Assembly (NCBI GenBank): GCA_951406725.2
Contig: OX597820.1
Coordinates: 67,332,001 to 67,396,000 of the forward strand
Direction: 5' to 3'
Origin: Octopus vulgaris
Lineage: Eukaryota
DNA: 64,000 nt
Every line of letters starts with the position of its first letter. The first letter of the stretch is position 1. The translations under genes and the position numbers were made by a program. Below are positions 47,100 to 60,124 of this stretch, one piece after another. The notes beneath the pieces were generated by a model. It searched no databases. It was given only the letters and a program-made list of their open reading frames with translations, and was not told the origin of the DNA.

Positions 47100-47988
47100 T
47101 TAGTATGTTAGTGACCAGTTGTGGATGGTAGTAGTGATTGAATTCTTGAAACATCTCTTTTGAATGTTTTGTTTATAAAGTTTGCATAGGTGTTATTCTA
47201 AACAGCAATAGTGGTAAATTAGGAAGGAGGTGGTGGAGAGGAAGAAGACAAAGAAGAAAGAAAAGGGAGAATAAGAAGGAATGTAGGTAGTATGATAGTA
47301 GTAAGGTGTTAAATGGTCAAGTGACCTAAAATTGGCTCGTTATGGATTATAGCAGTGACTGGGATTGTTTTTTAATGAATTCTTGGGAATCTCTTGAGTG
47401 TATCATTTTTAATATTTGTGTTATTCTAAGGCCATGGTGGATATATCGTTTGTTGTAGACGCATTCAAAAGGGGTCTGTATTTTGTAATAAAAAGAGTTT
47501 CTTCACTAATTCGTTGGCTACAGGTTGTATCGTCCCTGAATTGGTAGAGGGGGAAAATTCTGAAGCTTGGATTTTTGTTATTGTCACAAATGTCTACGTG
47601 TTGGCTGAATGCTGTTTTTCCATTTTGGGGCATTTTGATCTAGGATCTGTGCAGAGCCATTCTTTTACGTAGATTGTTTTTTGTTTGGCCTATGTATTGC
47701 TCTTGACACCCAGAGCAGGTTAGTGTGTATATCAGGTTCTCCGAAGCACATGTGAAGTTGTTTTTCACTATGAAACGTTGTCCCTATTTGAAGGAGAACT
47801 CTGATTCCTCAATTAAATTGACATATATCCCACAATTGGGTCCCACAGAATGAATTTAATCCTCCAAGCACACACCATCATAAAAAGTAAGAGACAACCC
47901 AAATCTATGAAAAGTCTCCTAACACAAGCCTGAATACGCTCAACAACAACACAGAAGCCATCAGTAAAAAAAATGCGGAAGACCCAAC
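47100..47988 (-). mobile_element. Penelope-like retroelement fragment with GIY-YIG endonuclease remnant and inverted 5' segment
   Basis: Minus 47421-47845 translates PNCGIYVNL..FTCASENLIYTLTCSGCQEQYIGQTKNNLRKRMALH..RISEETLFITKYRPLLN with two stops; plus 47846-47988 gives IIKSKRQPKSMKSLLTQA..KK/CGRPN. Confidence 0.85.
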
Positions 47989-49233
47989 GTGTTGGATAAT
48001 TATTATGAATAAACCAACTGTAAATAAACGTAAAGTTTGAATGTTCAAATTCTTCATTCTCCTTATTATCAATATCATACTTTACACTCTAAGTTTCCAG
48101 GAAAAATCTGTAACATTGGATGGGAGTTAAAGGAAATTTACCATAAAACACACCGTCTGAAGGAACCAGCCTTGACATTTTACATAGAGAAATTTGGTAT
48201 CTGCCTGGATATTATATCCCTCCCCTTACATAGGCATATATAGTTAGAAACATATAAACTACATGTATATATTGTGTGTATGTGTGTGTGGAGGGGTTAA
48301 AACTAACATGCAATTGTTAAAGATGATAAGTAAACTGCCTGAGGGTCACAAAAGTAACAGACTGTTTTCTTACAGGTGTCAGAAATATACACTTGTATTA
48401 AAGCCAGACTGAATCAATGAAATTATCTAGATTCACCTCTGTATAACCTAAGATGAGGATGAATCTAACTGATTAAAGAAATAGATTTTAAATGCACAAT
48501 CTAAGAACTTTGTTGTGTATCTCACACATATTTGCATTGTCTCAACTATTTGGATTTTTTTTAATGTAGAAGTCCTAGGTAATTATTCTCATCCTCTAGT
48601 TATTCTAATAAGTGATCAAGACTCAGGTGTTTTTCACTCAAGAACTGTCATCATCATTTAATGTTCATTTTCCATGCTGGCATAGGTTGGATGGTTTGAC
48701 TGAGGTCTGGAGAGCCAGTGGCTGCAGCAGGCTCCAGTTTGATCTGGTAGTGTTTCTACAGCTGGATGCCCTTCCTAATGCTAACCACTCCGAGAGTGCA
48801 GCGGGTGCTTTTTATGTGCCACTGGCACGGGAGCCAGTCAGGCGGGCTTGACATCGATCACATTCAGATAGTGCTTTTTACATGCCACTGGCATGGGAGC
48901 CAGTCATCAATATATATAGATAAAGTTTATGATTCACTGAGGTGGTTTCATAAGGCCAAAACATGCCTAGAGTTCTCTCAAAACATATCAACGATGACTT
49001 ACTCCCTCCCACACACACACACCTTGTCCCATACCCATATTCAATTGTTAATTAACTTGAATCAATATAAATTTCACATTTGTCTCCTGTACCTTTCTTT
49101 CCCAAATTAATGACCGTACTAATTCAATTTCCCCTTACTTTATTCATAATTTTAATGACTTATAAATTTTCATAACACCCATTTTGTTAGGACTATGATA
49201 ATTTATTCCATATCAATGCAATGCATCAACACT

Positions 49234-49642
49234 GGATCTTTTCGGTTTGAACGGCAGTTTTTCTAGCAGTGTCATATGAAATTGTCACCCATAATTATGA
49301 CCCTAGTATCGATCTATTGCATTTCAATTTGTTTTAGGATTAGGGGTGGGGGGAAGGGTATCTTTTTTACTTCAGAAATGTAAATAAACCCAACCTGTTT
49401 CTTAAACGCGGGACATATTCATACGGCACAGAATGTTTTCACCTCAATAGACGTCATTGATTGGTTGAAATTGCAGAAATTGATGAAGGAAAAAACAGAT
49501 ATCTTACAAACTATAGGATTTTCTCAATAAAGCCAAGAGAAAAAGATGTTTTATAAACACATTCTACCAGTATACGAAGTTAAAGATTTTTTTAGTTACC
49601 TAGAAATTATGTTAAAAACTGCCGTTCAAACCGAAAAGATCC
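49234..49642. mobile_element. MITE with 29 bp TIRs (GG-ended; class uncertain)
   Basis: ggatcttttcggtttgaacggcagttttt / aaaaactgccgttcaaaccgaaaagatcc. Confidence 0.85.
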
Positions 49643-49778
49643 CTATGATAATTTATTCCATATCAATGCAATGCATCAACACCTTCCAATTTACCAAAAC
49701 ATCTATTATTTCTGTTACTTTGCGATGCCTCATAGATTTTTAACACCATTCGCTTTCATTACGTCTTTTACATATGAC

Positions 49779-50443
49779 AGTACCGGACCAAATATCCGGC
49801 AAACTTGGGACCGGAAGTCACCTGAATTTCTCGGTTTTCTGGAGACAGTTTAAATATGTATATATTTAAAATATAATGTAAACTGTGAAAAGTAAAGAAC
49901 TAATGTATTGAACAGATTCAAATTAATACATTTCTAAAACGGGGCATGTTTGTTACCTGTAAATCCACTTAAAATATATCATACTGTACCATGTATACCG
50001 TAAAATGTTTATAAGATGAAATTTAAACGAAGAAAAATAAAGAATATGATTTTATTTAACAGATACAGGTGCAAATTTATACACTTCTAAAGCAGAGTAT
50101 GTTTAATCTATATCAATGCACATAAAAACGTATAACAAAACTATTTTTTACACCCTGTAGTCAAATTGAGCAACTTTAATTACTGTGTGTGTTTACTCAT
50201 TACAAGGTGTATTATATTTCATGATATTTTAGCGATAGAGGCATAATATATCACTGAGAGGAAATATTTATTCGCACTTAAGAGGTCATATAGGCAAAAG
50301 CCTATATGAGAGTTTCTCTCATCGTATCTATCGCTGTAAAGTTCATTCTAACAGTACATCCACGTTTAAGTAGGAATTAATGTTTCATGATATTGCACAG
50401 CACACCTGGATTTCTGGAAGCCAGATAAAAGGTTCATTATTGT
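49779..50443. mobile_element. Old pogo/Tigger-like MITE (tentative)
   Basis: Degenerate ends cagtaccggaccaaatatccgg / ccagataaaaggttcattattg(ta). Confidence 0.35.
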
Positions 50444-50455
50444 ACTAATCAAGAG

Positions 50456-50654
50456 TCAGCTACGAAAATAAGGCTACTTGCTTTGATCGATTAGTTATGT
50501 GAATATTCAGGCCTAGTTATCACTTAGTTTGCCCTATCTCCCGTCACTTTTTCTCTTTATGTCTTCTTCGATGTTTTGCATCACTTAAATATTTCCACAT
50601 TTATTGCATCTAACTCCAAGAAATAGTGAAGAAATATATTAGAAAACAGTAAGT
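50456..50654 (+). promoter_or_regulatory. Putative non-coding first exon of ZNF3 with TCAGCTACGAAA motif and GTAAGT donor (50649-50654)
   Basis: Three-way homology with the ZNF1 and ZNF2 upstream blocks. Confidence 0.7.
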
Positions 50655-53600
50655 TGTTCACATGCATATCTACTCTTCGCCATCTCGATTGTTTTACGTA
50701 TAATAAGAAAACTTTAAGATGCCTTTAAATCTATGAAATTGCTTTCCCTGTCATTATTCACTATAGATATTTTACAAACAAATCGCAATCAGATAAATAT
50801 ATATAAATATTTTATTTAAAGAAATTCTTCTCTGAATATTATTTTATTCTGTTGTTTCATTTCATCTCTACTGAAACAAAATTATGATTATCAAAGTTCC
50901 AAAATGACAAAATATTTCAATATTGATTTTTCTTTTTGTCCACTGTTTTATTTAATTTTAATTTAAAAAATCGTTTTGCAAAACATATTTTGCATAAGAT
51001 TCAGTTTATGATTAGTTAATATATCACGTATAATTATTTCTACTTTGTTATATTATTATTCTTCATATAAAACGTAAATGGAACCCCTTAGTTTCTTTCT
51101 TACAGATGACAGTTGTGTTGTTTAACTAAATGAAGGGTAATACTCGAGACCTATTGATAAAGTCAGTTACAGGTGCTTATAATTGAATTGTAGCACTGTC
51201 GATAATGTTAGAAAGACTGGTTTTATATTTTCGAAAAGTCTCACTTTGAACTATGAAAAAATAATCGTGATCTGTCCTATTTGTGAAAATCTGGCTCCTC
51301 TTAGGAGGTCTTGTCCCATGTACTTAACCCGAGTACTGATCTAGCATGAGCTTTTTCCGCCAAGATGTAACCGTGGAATTCTTCTACCGAAATCCTTAGC
51401 AAATGAGCTGACAAATTTACCACACTTTCCTCTTGTAATTCCTCGTGCCAGTGAGCAACACACACCACTTCCGCTCTCTCTTTCTCTCTCTCTCACGCAT
51501 TTTATTTCATTCGTATGAGTTCATTGGTTAGGCGAGGTTGTAGCCGTTAAGGGTACTGCGAATCTTGACTTTACGTTTTAACTCGGGGCGATAAAAGGGA
51601 GGGTTTTTTTCTTTCTATATTTTCCTTATTATTTATTGCATGTCTACTAATGCATAAATGTCATTACAATATTATTAAGGCAGAGGTAAAGCATACGCAC
51701 ATAACCCTAAACACCTGGTGTGCGTATTCTTTACCTTCTCCAAAATTACTACAGGCGCTTTTGGCACATGCAGAAAAGCCCAAAATGAATTGACACATCA
51801 AATACTGGTTTTGAAAATTTTCCGTTTTAGACTTTAAAACTCCAGGATCTCTCTCACTCTTCCTATATATTTAAAGGCATGACTGTGGTTAAGGAAGAAG
51901 TTCACTTTGGAATCACCTGGCTTCTGACTCAATCCCACTACGCGACACCTTCGACAAGTGCCTTCTATATCCTCGAGCCGATCTATGCCTTGTGAATCAA
52001 TTTATAGACGGAGCTGAAAGAAGCCTACCGTGCACGCGCGTGTGTGTGTATATATATATATATTTATATATAAAGGGTGGGGTGCCTTGTCATGACATCA
52101 TGTGATGATTGTAAATGAGCATCACTCATACAAACAGTGTTGTTTGTTTCGGGGTCTTCCATGAGAAACATCTGGCGATATTACCATGTCAAGAAATAGG
52201 TGGATTAGCAACTTGGGACTTAGAAAATGTCTCAATGAATTACGTTTGATCCAAGCAAGCGTAGAAGAGTGGATATTAAACACTATATATGTGTGTGTGT
52301 ATGCAGCAGGCTTCCAATGCAGTTTATGCCTATAGCAGAAACTTGTCCTAAGTGCTGTGCAGTTGGCATCTTCTATTACAGCCATGAGCTGAAAGGTCAT
52401 TACGCTTGTGAGTGTGTTTCCTTGTGATCGTCATACAAGCAGTGTCACAAATTTCCAGTCTTTCATGAAAAACGTTCAACTTTGAGTATATATTACATTG
52501 CTTGGAAACAGGTATGGGTTGGTGACAGGAAGGGCATCTGGCCATAGAAAGCTCAGTGAATTTCGTTAAGCTGATTATATATCATCACCATCATTTTATA
52601 TTCATCTACCATCCTGGCAGGAGTTGGATGGTTTGATCAGATCTGACAAGTCTGAGGACTGCATTGTGCATCAGGGTCTACTCTGGTATGGTTTCTACAG
52701 TTGGATGCCCTTCCTAAAGCTAACCACATTACAGAGTGTATTGAGTACCTTTTTTCTATCATTTTCATGGCACAAGCATTATTGATGTTACCATGCAGTT
52801 TACCAGATTAAGATCTTCAACTGAGTGAGGTTACCATAGAGCAAGATGGCTTTTATGCTGGATGAGAGGTTAAAGTACAAAAGAAGGGGACAGAACTGAA
52901 AAGGTTTCTTGCTGTTGAGGATTTGCATGGCTACTTACTTTAAAGAAGAGTGGATAGGCTGGAGTCTGGAAAGACAGCTAAAATAGTTGTGATGAAGTGT
53001 CAGAGTAGATCCTGAAGATACAAGAAATTGAATAGAGATGAAGAGTGACAGAAAAACAGAGTGAGGGAGGGTTGAGGTTGCAAGAATGTACAGAGAGAGT
53101 GAGGAATGGTTGAACATACAGAATTGGTGAGGGATGTTGAACAACGGTTGAAGAGTGGTTGATGATAGATAGATGGGGTAAGAGTAGGTAATGGCTGTAG
53201 AGAATGGGTAGGGTTGAAAAGTTGGAATAATAAATGGTGGGTAGTCAGTGATACGTGACACTGGGTGGAAAATAGAGCAGAATATATAATGACTAACAGT
53301 AAAAGATGGGTGAGGAGTAGCAGAATAGTTATAATACAGTAAACAGAGGAAAGATGAAAAGGTAATGACATGGGTGGTCAAGTTGCATGAGAGAAGGGAG
53401 AGGTAGGTGTGATGCTGAGGGAGATATGGTGGTTGAAAAGGAGATATAATTTGGTAGTGCAAAAATGGGGGATCAATGTAAAATATAAGTAGAGAGGAAC
53501 AACATTAAGAATTATGGATGGATGGATGGTGAATTAAGTCGTTCTAGGAAATGAGAAAGATAACTGGTATCAGAAAATGGTGATGAATTATGCAATTATG

Positions 53601-53834
53601 AAGTTAATGAAGGAGTCAGTAATGGATGACAGAAGGCTTGAGGATGAAATTAGGTGAGGGGTGCTGTTGTGTGTATGTGCATGCGCATATATATGCACAC
53701 ACACAATCACATTGTATTTCCAGAATTTCAGTTTTGTTATAATAGGTGGTTCTTCTTGAGCACTACATGTCACTTGTCATCCCTTCCATGAAGTTTAAAG
53801 TTCTGAAATCAGCCTATGGATGTCTTCATCCATA

Positions 53835-54310
53835 TGCTCGTGCCATTGTGGCCGATGACAGTACTGCCTGATTGGCACTCGTGCCAGTGGAATGTTAAAA
53901 GCACATCCGAATGTGATCGTTGCCAGGGCCACAGATTGGCTCCCATGCCGGTGGCACGTAAAAAGCACCATTCCAGCATGATTGTTGCCAGCGTCGCCTT
54001 ACCGGCACATGAATAACGATATTTGAGTATGATGGTTGCCAGTGTTGCCGGACTGGCTACCATGCATGTAGCATGTAAAAAAACACCTTTTGACTATGGT
54101 CATTGCCAGTACCTCCTGACTGGCCCTCGTGCCGGTGGCGTGTAAAAGCACCCACTACACTCTCAGAGTAGTTGGCATTAGGAAGGGCATCCAGCTGTAG
54201 AAACTTTGCCAGATCAGATAGCGCCTGGTGCAGCCTTCTGGCTCACCATTCATTAGTCAAACCGTCCAACCCATGTCAGCATGGAAAGCGGACATTAGAA
54301 AATAATGATG
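53835..54310 (+). mobile_element. Family B (RTE-tail) repeat with internal tandem units
   Basis: Repeated gccggtggcacgtaaaaagcacc units, then the ggaagggcatccagctgtagaaac..ggacatt tail. Confidence 0.75.
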
Positions 54311-55589
54311 AAAGAGAGAAGAAAGGACCTTGCACATTGGTGTAAAGAGTTGTCAAACAGTCAGATATGACCCTATTTTTGTTGTGATTCAGGATGCTCT
54401 GTGTAGTAGCAGTAGTAGCAGCAGCAGCTACTATCCAAGATATGTGAGCAGTACTGTAATGAGTGTCTCGCTTGTGCATTGTATATGGTCAATCTGTGTC
54501 CAGAGCTAAAATATATGATGGCCATAAAGAGAAAACCTCACCTTTGAGATGTGGTGATGGTGGTGGGAGGTGAGGGTCGGGATCGTTGATGTGATGTCAC
54601 TATGGGAGATCATTATAGCTATGAAACTCAGTATTTGTTTGAAGAATTAACTGAGTTGATCGTTTGGAGGGGTTTAAAGAAGTCATCATCATCATTGTTT
54701 AATGTCTTTTTTCTATGCTGGCATGGGTTGGACGGTTTGACTGGGGACTGGCAAGCCAGGAGGCCACACCAAGCCCCAATCTGATAGGAAATAATTTCCC
54801 CTTGTGAGATGGCATCTGTGGAAAAGACCTTGGCAGAATAGCTTTCTACGGGTCAGAGAATCTGACTGAGGCACAGGTATAAGTAACTGAAGTAACTATG
54901 ATTTCACTTGGCTTGACATGTCTTCTCAAGTGCAGCATATCACCAAAGGTCTCGGTCACTAATCATTGCCTCTGTGGGGTTCAAAGATCATGCTTCACTA
55001 CTTCATCCCATGTCTTCCTGGATCTATCTCTACCACAGGTTCCCTCCACAGTTAGAGATCGGCTCATCCTGAAAGTTGAATAAAGATTTCCTCTGAAGAT
55101 AGCTTCATTACATTTCTGCTCACCCTCTTGCATGTTGAGTATTCAATCTGGTATGCAGTTTGCTACCATTTTTATCTTCTTCCTGGCTGCTCCCGCCCTT
55201 ATATATCACAGAGTAGCCATGTAGCTCCTCCATGATCAGAATCCTGAGCTTGTCCCTCAATCATAACTCAGTCTCTAAGCACCTGGAATAAGGCCACCTC
55301 ACCCTCTTAGATACACCGCACTCTTTTTCAAGGTGCTTTTTCCTTTTCTTGCATGTCATTTGAAGGCCTCACTTGCCACTATCAGGAAATAAGCATCCAA
55401 TACACACTGAAAGGGCATCCTACCATAGAAACAATGTAAAACCTTACATTAGAGCTTGACACAATCATGTGGCTTGCCAACAATCCAATTCATGCCAACA
55501 TGGGAAACCAACATTAAATGATGATGGATCAATAAAATATATTTTGTCTCCAGAAAGTAAGACTGAACAGCAGTACAAACAGTTGTTAG

Positions 55590-55622
55590 ATTTCTTTTTA
55601 CTTATACTGTTTATCATTTCAG
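55590..55622 (+). other. 3' splice acceptor of the ZNF3 coding exon
   Basis: cttatactgtttatcatttcag|GAAATTCCTCACAAAAGACAC, homologous to the other two acceptors. Confidence 0.75.
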
Positions 55623-55768
55623 GAAATTCCTCACAAAAGACACGTAAAGGAACACATGAAGAATGGCTTTAAAAAAACAACATCTGGTTTCAACTGAAAT
55701 TTGAAATGATTTAATGAAGTCATAAAGAAAGATATTACATTTGTGTTGAATGAGCAGTAAACAACATC

Positions 55769-57805
55769 ATGGAAAAAACAGCATGTGAGAACCAGGTTCA
55801 TAATGAAACACCATCTGATAAGAAAGATTTATCTCATGAGGACCAGTTGAACGTAGCAAAAAAATTGCACACCTGTAACATATGTCTTAAAATATTCTCT
55901 GACATTGACAGTTTGACTAATCACAAACATATCCACACCGAAGACAATGCACACCTATGCAATGTTTGTGGTAAAAAGTTCTCGCGTAAAACCATTTTAA
56001 CTCGTCACAAGCAGACACACGAAAAAGAAAAGCCCTACTACTGTGATGTCTGTGGTAAAACATTTCCTGACATTACAAAATTAGCTTGTCATACATGTAC
56101 CTATGCAAGTGAGAAACCGTATGTGTGTAACGTCTGTGGTAAAAAATTCTCACAGAAAACTAATTTAACTCGTCACAAACATACACATACGGAAGAAAAA
56201 CCGTACCGTTGTGAGATTTGTCCTAAAGCGTTTTTGAAGTTCGAAGAATTATCTTCTCATATTCAGACTCACTCAGATAAAAAACCATACCGTTGTGATA
56301 TATGTAGTAAAGCATTTTCTAAAAGGAAAACATTAGCTATCCATAAACATATTCACATCGATGAGAAACCATATCACTGTAATGTTTGTGGGAAAACATT
56401 TTCCAAAAGTAAACCATTAGTTATCCATAAACGCGTTCACACCAATGAAAGACCATACGAATGTGACGTCTGTGGTAAAGCATTCTCTCAGAGTGGGTAT
56501 TTAACTTCTCATAAACTTATTCACACAGGAGAGAAACACTTCCAATGTGATACCTGTGATAAAACATTCTCTCGCAAAGATTACTTGAAACGTCACAGAC
56601 GTATTCATACAGGGGAAAAACCATATGAATGTGATGTCTGTGGTAAAGCATTCTCTGGAAGTGCAAATCTAACATGTCATAAGCGTAAACATACAGGTGA
56701 GAGGCCATACGAGTGTAATATCTGTGGTAAGACATTCTCGACAACTGGAAATTTATCTTGTCATAAACGTATTCATTCAAATGAGAAACCATATCAGTGT
56801 GAAGTCTGTAAAAAATCATTCGCTCAGAATGGGCATTTAACAAATCACCGAACTGTTCACACAGGTGAGAAACCATACCACTGTGATATCTGTGATAGAA
56901 GATTTTCTATAACTGGAGATTTAAGACGTCACAAACTTACTCACACTGTTGAAAAACCTTACCAGTGTGACATATGTGGTAAAAAGTTCACTACAAATGA
57001 AAATTTAAATTCTCATAAACATATTCACTCAGAGAAAGCTCACCAGTGTGATATCTGTGGTAAAATATTTTCACTGAAGAGATATTTAATTAGGCACAAA
57101 CATATTCACACAAGTAAGAAACCATACAAATGTGACATTTGTGGTAAAACGTTCTCTCTACTTGCAGACTTAACTCTTCACAAGCATATGCACACAAGTG
57201 AGAAACCATATACGTGTGAGGTCTGTGGTAAAATATTTGCACGAAAGAGATATTTGATTAGGCACAAACATATTCATAAAGACTTGAATCCTCCCCAGAC
57301 TGATGAGATTTGTGATAAAACATACCCTGAAAGTGAAAATCTTACTTCTCAGCAAGATATTCACTCAGAGAAACCACATCAATGTGATATCTGTGGTAAA
57401 ATATTTGCACAGAAGAGGTATTTAATTAGACATAAACATATCCACACAGGTGATTATCATTGTGATGTATGTAATAAGACATTCTCTCGAAATGAGTATT
57501 TGACACTTCACAAACGTATTCACACAGGAGAAAAACCATATCCGTGTGATATCTGCGACAAAGCATTCTCTGCAAGTAAAATTTTAACTCGCCATAAACT
57601 TACGCACACAAGTGATTTAAATACCTGTGATAAACAAGTTCCACCCAAAACTACTTTGGATATTCACCCTCAGAAAAGCAGTCTGGAAGTTCTCTCACCT
57701 CCCAAACTCCAGCAAAGCCATCTGGTCCCTCACCAAGAGAGTTCATGGAATCCTCCAACCCACCATCCCTCAACCAAGATGCCTCTGTTAGCACACCCAA
57801 TGTGA
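55769..57805 (+). CDS. Poly-C2H2 zinc-finger protein, 678 aa (ZNF paralogue 3); 21 finger repeats, about 19 intact, Pro/Ser-rich C-terminal tail
   Basis: Tandem C2H2 repeats with TGEKPY linkers; start context aacatcATGG. Confidence 0.95.
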   Translation: MEKTACENQVHNETPSDKKDLSHEDQLNVAKKLHTCNICLKIFSDIDSLTNHKHIHTEDNAHLCNVCGKKFSRKTILTRHKQTHEKEKPYYCDVCGKTFPDITKLACHTCTYASEKPYVCNVCGKKFSQKTNLTRHKHTHTEEKPYRCEICPKAFLKFEELSSHIQTHSDKKPYRCDICSKAFSKRKTLAIHKHIHIDEKPYHCNVCGKTFSKSKPLVIHKRVHTNERPYECDVCGKAFSQSGYLTSHKLIHTGEKHFQCDTCDKTFSRKDYLKRHRRIHTGEKPYECDVCGKAFSGSANLTCHKRKHTGERPYECNICGKTFSTTGNLSCHKRIHSNEKPYQCEVCKKSFAQNGHLTNHRTVHTGEKPYHCDICDRRFSITGDLRRHKLTHTVEKPYQCDICGKKFTTNENLNSHKHIHSEKAHQCDICGKIFSLKRYLIRHKHIHTSKKPYKCDICGKTFSLLADLTLHKHMHTSEKPYTCEVCGKIFARKRYLIRHKHIHKDLNPPQTDEICDKTYPESENLTSQQDIHSEKPHQCDICGKIFAQKRYLIRHKHIHTGDYHCDVCNKTFSRNEYLTLHKRIHTGEKPYPCDICDKAFSASKILTRHKLTHTSDLNTCDKQVPPKTTLDIHPQKSSLEVLSPPKLQQSHLVPHQESSWNPPTHHPSTKMPLLAHPM

Positions 57806-58619
57806 AAACCTCCATATTTGTTGCTCGTATCACTTCCGACTACACACTGCTCACGTCAACAAAGCTCCTTCAAAGTCCCCTGTTTTACCACCACAGTTAT
57901 CGTGTGTAAAAATGGGGTCTAGTTGGTTTGGCTGCCAGCATTTCAAAAATTAAAGTTTATTGAAAATTTTTTAATTTGGTACATTAATATACTTTTCCAA
58001 GCTGAATTGTTGGAGTTATTTCACTTTTTTCTAGTATATGTCTTTAATAAGTTATAGAGGTTTAAAGTTTGATCATTTTCACCCAGTCAAGAAAAAGGAT
58101 TTGACGCTGTCATTTTGTGTGTAACTACATGTATTGTCAACATTATGAAACTAGCACATGTTTTTATATGAAATTGTAAACAAATCATATTCTGCTTAAC
58201 ATACGACATTTCACCTTTCATAGCTTTTTTTTAAATTTGGAATTTTCAGAAAAATTTTGCAAATTTGTACTCTACACACAGGAATTCATACGATTATAGA
58301 ATAGGTGTGATTCAAGGCCTATTTAGCTGTTATTTTTAGCATATCTCACGACCAGGATACAAGCAACAGAACACCATGTCAAGGCACGTGGCATCGTGTA
58401 GAATATATTTGTCAACACATGTACTCTCTCATTAACAAAAAGAGTTCTCATGCTTGGTTTGTTACTATGGAAACAGGCATGAATGTATCTGTGGCTTACG
58501 ATTGGATAGATTTACCCTTAATTTTCAAACTTTAATTGCTAATAACTCTTTATCTATTGATTTATAGTGAAAATGATTTTCACATCACCCATTAGCCTAT
58601 AAAAGTGTATCGTTACACT

Positions 58620-59400
58620 GAATATGAAATCAATTCAAACAGAAATTGATGTTTGCAACCAAACCAACGGGATCCTTAAAATGTTCTTTCATTACTTCAC
58701 AACCCAGAATGACAATTGATACTGACCTTGTTCTTTTCATCACTCTCAACCAAGGCACTTCAGAGCTACATCCAGTCCTTATCAGACTCTCTCTCTATCT
58801 ACAAGCCCCTGTCACAATCCATGGAAACATGCAGCAGTGTATCCCTTTACCTAAAATCACAACTCTGCTGACTAACATATTGCTCTCTTTCTCCCTCCCC
58901 TTCTCACTCTCTCTTTCTCTCAGCACCTCAATGAAGATTGAATCAATTGCAAACAACTCTTTCATGGACCTTCATCTTCATACAACTTCTGCAGAACCAC
59001 TTAAAATGGAGACTTGCTTTTGTCTATCATTTGCCTGTTCTTATTGCTCTTGAGAACTATCGAAAGCAAAATTGTGGTACTCGAAATAGGTAATTCTCTC
59101 AATCATGTTTGGTATGAGAACCTCCTGCCTTAGTTGTCCACATGTAGTCTCCATCTATCTGTCATTCCCTGGATTTCTGTCAGACCATTACAACACATAC
59201 TATCAAAAACTATCTGATTCATATTCTATAAACTCTGATGTACTCCAAGGTTTAGCTGCGTCACCCACACATTTTCTTCATATATATATATATATATATA
59301 ACAGCATCAATGTACAACCTAAGCACTATATATCAGCCCTGTATTACCTCTATGAACAGGCCTCTTGGAAACATCTTTTGATGAGTTGTGTGACAACCTA
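58620..59400 (+). mobile_element. Degenerate CR1/L2-like LINE RT fragment
   Basis: SINSDVLQGLAASPTHFLHI near 59225-59285; aligns by eye with 43900-44130. Confidence 0.65.
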
Positions 59401-59878
59401 GTTTAGTTTCTTCAAGAAAATCCGTCTTGCTTATCATCTTCACTAGTCTTGAACAATACAGACTTAAAACCCTTGAAGTTTTTGATGATGTTAGACCTCA
59501 ATCTTCTATGATCTCTTGTGTTGTCCTCTTTCTTTAAACATTTCACTTGTTTCTTACTACCTCCCTCCTGTAAAGATCATTGAAGTAACCTCCACTGATC
59601 TATCCATCTTCCAAGGCCTGACTAATATATATAAACATCACTGTCACATATTCCTTTTAGTTAAATTGAATATATCTATCTAAGTTATCTGTAATTAATC
59701 ATTAACGTAGATTGTACAATGTGTAAAACTAAACATGCAAAGTCCTGTAATCATCCAAGCTAAATGAAACTCAGCTAGATTGAATACATGTTCTTAAAGT
59801 TGTGAGACATTTTGTGAACTTAATAAAATTTTTACTCCAAAGTCAGTTTAGAGGAAGACTAAATATATTCTTCTACAA

Positions 59879-60124
59879 CAGTGGTTCTCAACCATTTTTT
59901 TTTTGTTTTTTGCCTGTGGATCTCTTTGATTCCTGTTTTACTCAGGTAGACCCCCCACCCCATAACAATTCAATGTTTGAAAGATCCTATTATATCTTTA
60001 TAATTAAATATTTGAAATTGAATTTAAAAATTGTTAAAATATTTCATGTATTTTAGAAGTATAAGCAATTTATTGCACCTAAATTTTAACTAAATTTTAT
60101 ATGGACCCCTTTTGAGAACTACTG
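59879..60124. mobile_element. hAT-Charlie-like MITE
   Basis: TIRs cagtggttctcaa / ttgagaactactg. Confidence 0.65.

Noticed and set aside
52935-53462. 175 aa minus-strand ORF
   Set aside because: Low-complexity pyrimidine-rich retroelement-tail-like sequence with no recognisable motif.
53880-54150. Regularly spaced gccggtggcacgtaaaaagcacc units (also 35700-35910 and 42155-42410) resembling a CRISPR array
   Set aside because: The spacers are homologous to each other, the array is internal to a dispersed retro-repeat, and there are no cas genes in this eukaryotic DNA.
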